The notes under the pieces were generated by a model. That model ran no database searches. It was not told the origin of the DNA and saw only the letters and a list, made by a program, of their open reading frames with translations. From NCBI GenBank assembly GCA_050633305.1, contig JBOEGF010000014.1, positions 32,001 through 96,000 of the forward strand: a stretch of 64,000 bases of DNA, in the 5' to 3' direction. This document shows positions 55,471 to 64,000 of this stretch, piece after piece (position 1 is the stretch's first letter; every line of letters starts with the position of its first letter). Made by a program: the position numbers and the translations under genes. Source of the stretch: Nannocystales bacterium (GTDB taxonomy: Bacteria; Myxococcota_A; Polyangia; Nannocystales; Nannocystaceae).

Positions 55471-56102
55471 CGAGCGTCTCCCACCTCACGTCGCTCTCGC
55501 GCGTGCTGTCGTTGTACTGCGCGTTCGAGCTCGGCTCGGGCGAGACGGAGCCGGGAGTAGACGGTGGCGGGCTTGATGCCGAGAACCGATGCGATCTCGG
55601 GCGCGGTCATTTCCTCGAGCTCAGCCATGATGAACACGGCGCGCTTGTCCTCACCGAGCTGTTGCAAGAGGTCGCGAAGCGTACGTGCGGCGTCAGCCTG
55701 GCCGTGAGGGTCGGTGTGGGTCCCGGGGCGGGTCAGCCCATACTGCTCTCGTCGCTTCTGTTCCCGCGCGTAGTCGCGACGCTTCGAGCGGGCGATTCGC
55801 AAGCAGATCGCGAACAACCAAGTCTTGATCGACGCGCGCGCTTCGAACTCGGAGAGGCGTCGGGCGACAACCATGAACACGTCATGCGTCGCGTCAGACA
55901 GCGCGGGGTCGGCGACGCCAAGTCGGGCGAGGGACCGCCAGACGAAGCGCTGATGCTGGCGGTATACGTCTTCGAGGGCTTGCTTGGCGCTCGCCTGTTC
56001 TCCGGCCCGCCCAGGCTCGGAGAGCGGCGGGGCGGTCGGGCCGACCGCGGCGGCGAGGGCTTCCACGCCCAGTCCGTTCCGCGCCGCCGACGAATCCATC
56101 AC
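55467..56102 (-). CDS. ECF RNA polymerase sigma factor
   Basis: VYRQHQRFVWRSL, DATHDVF, IKTWLFAI, EIASVLGIKPATVYSRL. Confidence 0.92.
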   Translation of the reverse strand: MMDSSAARNGLGVEALAAAVGPTAPPLSEPGRAGEQASAKQALEDVYRQHQRFVWRSLARLGVADPALSDATHDVFMVVARRLSEFEARASIKTWLFAICLRIARSKRRDYAREQKRREQYGLTRPGTHTDPHGQADAARTLRDLLQQLGEDKRAVFIMAELEEMTAPEIASVLGIKPATVYSRLRLARAELERAVQRQHARERREVGDAR

Positions 56103-56142
56103 TCAATCTTCGCCCGATCCCGCATTTTTCTTCAAAAGCTGC

Positions 56143-57225
56143 TCACAACGGCTTTCCCAGCCGTATTTCGACCCCTGCAAAGCCGCTGACGCCCACGGGG
56201 AGGGTGCGGGCGACCGTGCCAACGCCGCCGACCTTGTACGCCGGTCGCGCCAGCGGGACCAAGGCCTCAGCCCCTGCCCACAGTCCTGCGCGTGGGAGGA
56301 AGCGCCAGTTGACGTGGGGGCCAGCGCGCACGGCGAGCCAGGTCGGGGCCCGGGTTGCTCGGTCCTCAAGCCCTTCGGGAGTCGAGACCATCTGTCCGAC
56401 CTCCATCCCGCCACAGGGTTCGAGCGAGATGCTCTCGGCGAGCGGAATGCGCCAGCAGCCCCCAGCGGCAATGCCCCATTGCGTGAATCGGACCTGTGCA
56501 GCGTTGTCGACGGCGACCACACGCTGCGGAGCGACGACAGCCTCGAGTGAAACGCGTGCACGGCGGAGAAGCAGGCCGCCGCGCAGGTTGAGGACGCCGA
56601 CCGCCTGGTCGAGCGAGCCGTATCGGACGCCGCCTGCGATGCCGAGGTGCCCACCGACGGTCAGGCGCACCGGGGTGGGGGCGGGCGATCGCAACGGAGC
56701 TGGCTCAGGTTGTGCGGCAGGAACGGGTTCGGGTTCGGGCTGCGGGACCAGCTCGGGCTCAGGCTCGGGAGCCCGCCCCGGCACAGACCCGGGTTCGGGA
56801 ACCAGCTTGGGCTCGGGCTCGGGCTCGGGAACTAGCTCGGGCTCGGGCTCGGGTTCTGGACCCGATGCTTTCTGAGGTGCGGCCGTGGACGGTTGCAGGG
56901 CGATGGCGACGACGAGCGCAGCGGCCTCGCTCGCCTCCCGGCAACTGTCGACGGCCGGAAGCGTTCGCGTCGAGTTTGAGGCGCTGGAGCGCATGCCGAT
57001 GATCGCGGACCAACCCTGAGAACCCTTGGACAAGGTGACGGCAAAGTCCGCGTTCGTCTCGATCTCGTTCAGCGCCACGCCGAGGTTCGCCTCGATCATC
57101 GCTTGACCCTGGGCAGCACCTGGGCAAAGCGCGGGGGCTTCCCATCGCACGGCGGGACTCGCCGTGACAGCGAGGGTCCAGAGTGCTCCAGCGGTGGTCA
57201 GCGCGACCAGCAAGGCGCTGAACAT
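56143..57225 (-). CDS. Secreted protein with PE-repeat linker and probable beta-barrel C-terminus
   Basis: Signal peptide, WEAPALCP, SCREASEAAALVVAIAL, (PE)n tract, beta-strand C-terminus; start approximate. Confidence 0.7.
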   Translation of the reverse strand: MFSALLVALTTAGALWTLAVTASPAVRWEAPALCPGAAQGQAMIEANLGVALNEIETNADFAVTLSKGSQGWSAIIGMRSSASNSTRTLPAVDSCREASEAAALVVAIALQPSTAAPQKASGPEPEPEPELVPEPEPEPKLVPEPGSVPGRAPEPEPELVPQPEPEPVPAAQPEPAPLRSPAPTPVRLTVGGHLGIAGGVRYGSLDQAVGVLNLRGGLLLRRARVSLEAVVAPQRVVAVDNAAQVRFTQWGIAAGGCWRIPLAESISLEPCGGMEVGQMVSTPEGLEDRATRAPTWLAVRAGPHVNWRFLPRAGLWAGAEALVPLARPAYKVGGVGTVARTLPVGVSGFAGVEIRLGKPL

Positions 57226-57259
57226 ACCGCGTCGGCTTGGGTCTGCTACGTTCGGCTGC

Positions 57260-57607
57260 ATGAGCGCGTCTGGCTTCAACGTCGGAAAGTTCCTCGGCCT
57301 CACGGCGGCGCTCGCCGTGGGCGCAGGGGCGGGGGCGGGGGCGTACTACGGCGTGAGGGCTTCGTCGTCGGGTTCGGGCGACGCGGTGCCGAGTCCAGAG
57401 GCGGGCGCAGACACAGACGCTGTACCCGCAGAGCCCCAACCCAAGCTCGACATACCCAGTGGTCCCAAGCGGGACATACCCCCGGTGGACGAACCCTCTG
57501 ACCCCAACAACCTGCGACTCGATGTTCCCGCCCCGTGGGGTGCCGACGTCAAAGGCGGGGGCGGCGGTGGTGGAGGCGGCGGCGGAGTCACGCAAGAGAC
57601 GTTCTGA
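57260..57607 (+). CDS. Small protein (115 aa): hydrophobic N-terminus, acidic Pro-rich middle, C-terminal poly-Gly
   Basis: MSASGFNVGKFLGLTAALAVGAGAGAGAYYGV...LRLDVPAPWGADVKG11VTQETF; TACGTT 7 nt upstream of ATG; hairpin downstream. Confidence 0.7.
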   Translation: MSASGFNVGKFLGLTAALAVGAGAGAGAYYGVRASSSGSGDAVPSPEAGADTDAVPAEPQPKLDIPSGPKRDIPPVDEPSDPNNLRLDVPAPWGADVKGGGGGGGGGGGVTQETF

Positions 57608-57616
57608 CGTTCACAA

Positions 57617-57639
57617 ACAGGCCGCCTGTGCGGCCCTGT
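57617..57639 (+). terminator. GC-rich hairpin after the small gene
   Basis: ACAGGCCGC-ctgt-GCGGCC(C)TGT; no U-tract. Confidence 0.4.
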
Positions 57640-57691
57640 CCGCGGAGATCTGCCCCACATCGGATCGCGGATCCGCGGTTATGCTCCGTCG

Positions 57692-58882
57692 GTGAGCCAG
57701 TCGCCTCTTCGTGCCCAAGCCGATGCCCACCTCTACGCGTCGCTGATGAACAACGCCGATGTGCGGCGTGCCGCTGAGGCGGCGCTCGAAGACAGCGAGC
57801 AGGTCAAGGTTCGTCGGCAGCTCCTCTCCACCTCGGTCCGGCTCACGCCCACGTTGGCGCCCGAGCTGCACAAGATGATCGACACGTGCAAGGAGAAGCT
57901 CGAACTCGACTCCAAGTTCGAACCGTACGTCTACCCGGACTCCCAAGCCAACGCCGCCGTCGTCAAGCCGGAGGACGGTCGCGTGTTCCTCTTGTTCAGC
58001 TCGCAGCTGCTCGAGATGTTCGATCAGGGCGAGCTGACGTATGTGGTCGGTCACGAGCTGGGGCACCACAAGTTTGGCCACCACGGCCTGCCGGTTCGCG
58101 CGGTCCTCAAGGGGGCGAAGGTTCGCCACGCGGTGGCGCTGCAGCTGTTCTCCTGGTCACGTTTCGCCGAGGTCTCCGCGGACCGAGCGGGGCTGTACTG
58201 CGCGGGGTCGATCGATGCGGTTGGGCGAGGCTTGTTCAAGCTCGCTTCGGGCCTGCGCGGGACCAAGACCAACCTTGCCGTCGACGCGTTGCTCGCCCAG
58301 ATGGAGGAGATCCGGGCCGACGGTATCGCCACCGGAAACGACGGCGATCGTGGGGAGTGGTTCTCCACCCACCCGTTCAGCCCGCTACGACTCAAGGCCG
58401 CTCAGCTCTTCGCGGGCTCGGAGGCCATGAAGAAGGGCGGAGCCTCGCTGGAGCAGGTCGAGATGGAGGTCGGCTCGGTCATGGGAATCATGGAGCCTGG
58501 CTATCTCAAGGCGAAGACCGACCAAGGGCAGGCGTTGCGCCGAGTGCTGCTGGCTGGCGGCATGATGGTGGCCGCTGCGTCCGGAGACATTTCGGAGGAA
58601 GAAATCGACGCACTCGATGGGTTCCTCGGCGAGGGCACGGTCACCGGCAAGCTCAGCGTGGACGCATTGCGCGACGACCTTCCCTCTCGTGTCAGGGCCG
58701 CGAACGCCGAAGCGCCCGTCATGCGTCGGGCCCAGCTCATCCGCGACCTGTGTGTCATCGCAATCGCCGACGGTCACGCCGACTCGAAGGAGCGCGCCGT
58801 AATGGTCGACATCGCGAAGCAGCTCGAAGTGGATCCTGCGCTCGTCGACGAGACGCTCGAAGCATCGCTCGAGCTAGACTAG
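57692..58882 (+). CDS. M48 family metallopeptidase with C-terminal TerB-like domain
   Basis: GHELGH, EVSADRAG, STHPF; C-terminal AASGDISEEEI...IAIADGHADSKERAVM. Confidence 0.85.
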   Translation: MSQSPLRAQADAHLYASLMNNADVRRAAEAALEDSEQVKVRRQLLSTSVRLTPTLAPELHKMIDTCKEKLELDSKFEPYVYPDSQANAAVVKPEDGRVFLLFSSQLLEMFDQGELTYVVGHELGHHKFGHHGLPVRAVLKGAKVRHAVALQLFSWSRFAEVSADRAGLYCAGSIDAVGRGLFKLASGLRGTKTNLAVDALLAQMEEIRADGIATGNDGDRGEWFSTHPFSPLRLKAAQLFAGSEAMKKGGASLEQVEMEVGSVMGIMEPGYLKAKTDQGQALRRVLLAGGMMVAAASGDISEEEIDALDGFLGEGTVTGKLSVDALRDDLPSRVRAANAEAPVMRRAQLIRDLCVIAIADGHADSKERAVMVDIAKQLEVDPALVDETLEASLELD

Positions 58883-58887
58883 CCGGG

Positions 58888-59505
58888 CTACTTTGCGGGT
58901 TGCGCTGCGGTCTCTCGGAGCGCTCTCGCCCAGGACTCCAGGTCGTCGGTCGCGCGCTGGGAAGGGGCGCCGTCATCCTCGAACGTCCCGAGTTCGCGCG
59001 CGAGCGCTTCCCGAGCTCTGCGCAGGCGGCTCTTCACCGTGCCCTGCGGAATCTCCATGATCTGCGAGAGCTCGGACGTCGTGAGGTCCTCCCAGTAGTG
59101 GAGCTCGACCGTCATTTGGAGCTCCAGGGGAATTCTCCGCAGGGCGGCAAGCAGGAGCGTGTGCTCCTTGGCCCGGGCCACGAGCTGGCTTGGAGAAGTC
59201 CGAAGGTCTTCCACCGAGAGCGACTCGATGTCTTCGCCGTTGTGCCGGGCCGCGCGCTCGTAGAACCGGATCAACTGCCGGCGGGCGAGCACGAACAGCA
59301 GTGTTCGGAAGCTGGCACGACCTTCGAAGGTGTTCTTGGCCTTGGTGCACGCGAGGAACGTGCGCTGGACGAGGTCGTCGACCTCGCGGTCCACCTTGTT
59401 GTGGAAGAACCGACGAAGGCTCGCGACATGTTTGCGGAGCAGCCGGTCTCCCGCGTCTCGGTCACCCTCGCGCCACGCGAAGAACAGCTGCAGGTCCGAA
59501 TCCAC
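58888..59505 (-). CDS. ECF RNA polymerase sigma factor
   Basis: WREGDRDAG, DDLVQRTFL, FRTLLF, IPQGTVKSRLRRAR; start GTG 59505 or ATG 59523. Confidence 0.92.
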   Translation of the reverse strand: MDSDLQLFFAWREGDRDAGDRLLRKHVASLRRFFHNKVDREVDDLVQRTFLACTKAKNTFEGRASFRTLLFVLARRQLIRFYERAARHNGEDIESLSVEDLRTSPSQLVARAKEHTLLLAALRRIPLELQMTVELHYWEDLTTSELSQIMEIPQGTVKSRLRRAREALARELGTFEDDGAPSQRATDDLESWARALRETAAQPAK

Positions 59506-59529
59506 TTCGGCAGACGCTACCATGCAGGC

Positions 59530-62424
<2,895 letters not shown>

Positions 62425-62430
62425 GCAGCC

Positions 62431-63030
62431 CTACCGTTTGACCTTCGGCATCACGAACAACAGCGTCGCGATCATAAAGGACAACAGCGTGATCGGTGGC
62501 AACGACCCCGGCCACGACGGGAGGTCGAACCACCCGCGCACCCCGATCAGCGCGACGTGAACCGCGGTGAAAAACAGCAGGGCGCGCCCGAGGCCCGGCA
62601 CCAAGCTCGTGCGGTGTCGTTGGCCTTCGACGGGGCGCACCTTCGTCGAGTGAAACAGCCACAGCAAGGCGCCCGAGCCGAGAGCGCCTGCGAGCATCGA
62701 CAATGCAGCTGCGCCTGTCATCTGCCCGGAGGCGGTGTACAGCGATGGGAAGTACTCCGGCCCTGCCAAGATCAGCGAGAGCAGCAGGTGCACCGCGACG
62801 AAGCCGGCACCGGCAAGTCCCAGCCCCTTGCGGCGCCCTTTGTCGACGACAACGCGTGAGAGCCCGAGCAGCAACAGGCCGACGAACGCGATCGCCTTGT
62901 TGCTGACGTAGACCGGGAGTTGTTCCCAGGGCACGCCCTTGAAGACGTTGTAGCGAACGATGGCGTATGCCATGCCGGCCGCCGTCAGGCCGGTGATGAG
63001 ACGACGCTCGCTCACGCCCAAATCATACAC
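62431..63030 (-). CDS. Membrane protein, ferric-reductase/STEAP-like transmembrane domain
   Basis: About six TM helices; NKAIA, RRKGLGL, two His in TM (VAVH, TAVH), LPP motif. Confidence 0.6.
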   Translation of the reverse strand: MYDLGVSERRLITGLTAAGMAYAIVRYNVFKGVPWEQLPVYVSNKAIAFVGLLLLGLSRVVVDKGRRKGLGLAGAGFVAVHLLLSLILAGPEYFPSLYTASGQMTGAAALSMLAGALGSGALLWLFHSTKVRPVEGQRHRTSLVPGLGRALLFFTAVHVALIGVRGWFDLPSWPGSLPPITLLSFMIATLLFVMPKVKR

Positions 63031-63036
63031 GCCCGA

Positions 63037-63624
63037 TCAGCACGGTCCGGCGCTTTGCACGTCGGACCATTGGTCGCTGCAGGATGTGTTCGCTGGGTTA
63101 TACGCATCGGGGTTGTAGTCGTCGCACGCGATCTCGGACATGCACGCGCCGAAGCCATCCAGTGCGTCGGTGACCTCTGCGCATTCGCCCCAGTAGCCCA
63201 CGGTCGCGTCGATGCAGTCCTGTTCGTCGCTGTAGTACGCGCCGCCGCACTCGAAGAAGCGACGGCAGAACGCCTCGAGTCCGCCCTCCCCGGGAAGCAC
63301 GCCGGGACCCGAGGTGGGGCCCTCTCCCGTGGAGCTCTCGGCCTCGCCGGTGCCGGAGGTCGTGGTCACCGTGCCCGAGGTGTCCGAACCGTCGTCTGTG
63401 GTCTCGTCGCCAGGATCGGTCGTGCTGCTGGTGGAAGTTCCTGTGGTCGCCGGACCCCCCGAGGTTCCGGCAGGGTTCGCGGTGGGGTCCTCATCGGCGT
63501 CCGTCCCAGAGGCGTCGGTTTCGGAACTGGTCCCTGCCGGCATCTCGCCTCCGTCGTTGGTGTCGTCGTCACACCCCAAGGGGCTGAGGAGGGGAAACAC
63601 GAGCAGCAGTCGCTGGAGTCGCAT
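63037..63624 (-). CDS. Lipoprotein with S/T linker and Cys-rich C-terminus
   Basis: Lipobox PLGC; multiple Cys in the C-terminal domain. Confidence 0.75.
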   Translation of the reverse strand: MRLQRLLLVFPLLSPLGCDDDTNDGGEMPAGTSSETDASGTDADEDPTANPAGTSGGPATTGTSTSSTTDPGDETTDDGSDTSGTVTTTSGTGEAESSTGEGPTSGPGVLPGEGGLEAFCRRFFECGGAYYSDEQDCIDATVGYWGECAEVTDALDGFGACMSEIACDDYNPDAYNPANTSCSDQWSDVQSAGPC

Positions 63625-63682
63625 GCGAACCATGACGTGGCACCTTGTGTCAGGTTGCACGTGAAAGGGTTATCCTTCGCTC

Positions 63683-64000
63683 GTGCGGTGCGGTCGTTGG
63701 GTTCTGGTGTCGTTGATGGCGAGTGGGGCGTGCGGAGGGGAGAGCTCCACGCCGGAATCGATGGGCTCAGCCTCGAGCGAAAGCACGGCGGGGGAGACAA
63801 CCGCGGCGTCCTCCTCGACTGGGCTCGAGACCTCCTCGACCTCGGGTCTCGACGGATCGAGTTCGTCGGGTACCGGTGAGCCCATGGTCTTTGATGGCGA
63901 GCCTATTGACGTACCCGCCGACGGCGCGTGGCACTTCGTCGAGGTGGAAGGCATGGCGTGCAACGGCGGAGTACAGGGCGGCGTCGGTGTGCGCCGGGTC
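63683..64000 (+). CDS. Partial lipoprotein, possibly pectin-acetylesterase-like hydrolase (runs off window)
   Basis: GTG at 63683 with TATCCT 6 nt upstream; RWVLVSLMASGAC, S/T linker, then WHFVEVEGMACNGG. Confidence 0.55.
   Translation, partial: MRCGRWVLVSLMASGACGGESSTPESMGSASSESTAGETTAASSSTGLETSSTSGLDGSSSSGTGEPMVFDGEPIDVPADGAWHFVEVEGMACNGGVQGGVGVRRV

Noticed and set aside
56700..56860. GGCTCG-type hexamer repeats as a phase-variable or mobile repeat
   Set aside because: In-frame Pro-Glu linker within a coding sequence.

Overview
High-GC sequence whose gene content (MYXO-CTERM tails, many lipoproteins with Ser/Thr/Gly/Asp-rich linkers, DUF1592/DUF1552 pair, ECF sigma factors, TPR Ser/Thr kinase) points to a myxobacterium, probably Nannocystaceae-like (inference). 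Positions 1 to ~9260 are the right end of an integrated phage-like element: two tyrosine recombinases, a replication initiator with an internal palindrome/iteron cluster, a DnaC/IstB-like ATPase, a DNA methyltransferase and an amidase-like protein. It abuts a tRNA-Arg(TCG) gene of which only the promoter and 5' half remain, and the element side mirrors that half as a long inverted repeat. The most notable host-side signal is a dispersed His-Xaa-Ser (Hxs)-type peptide-modification system spread over ~35 kb. It comprises HxsB, HxsD, four HxsC-like radical SAM proteins (one fused to a B12-dependent radical SAM domain, one apparently starting at CTG) and an HExxH-type peptide hydroxylase. No His-Xaa-Ser repeat precursor is visible; a small stand-alone protein ending PWGADVK-G11-VTQETF is a speculative substrate. 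At least a dozen genes have a TANNNT -10 box 6-8 nt before the start codon, suggesting widespread leaderless transcription. All calls come from reading motifs by eye; no database searches were run.
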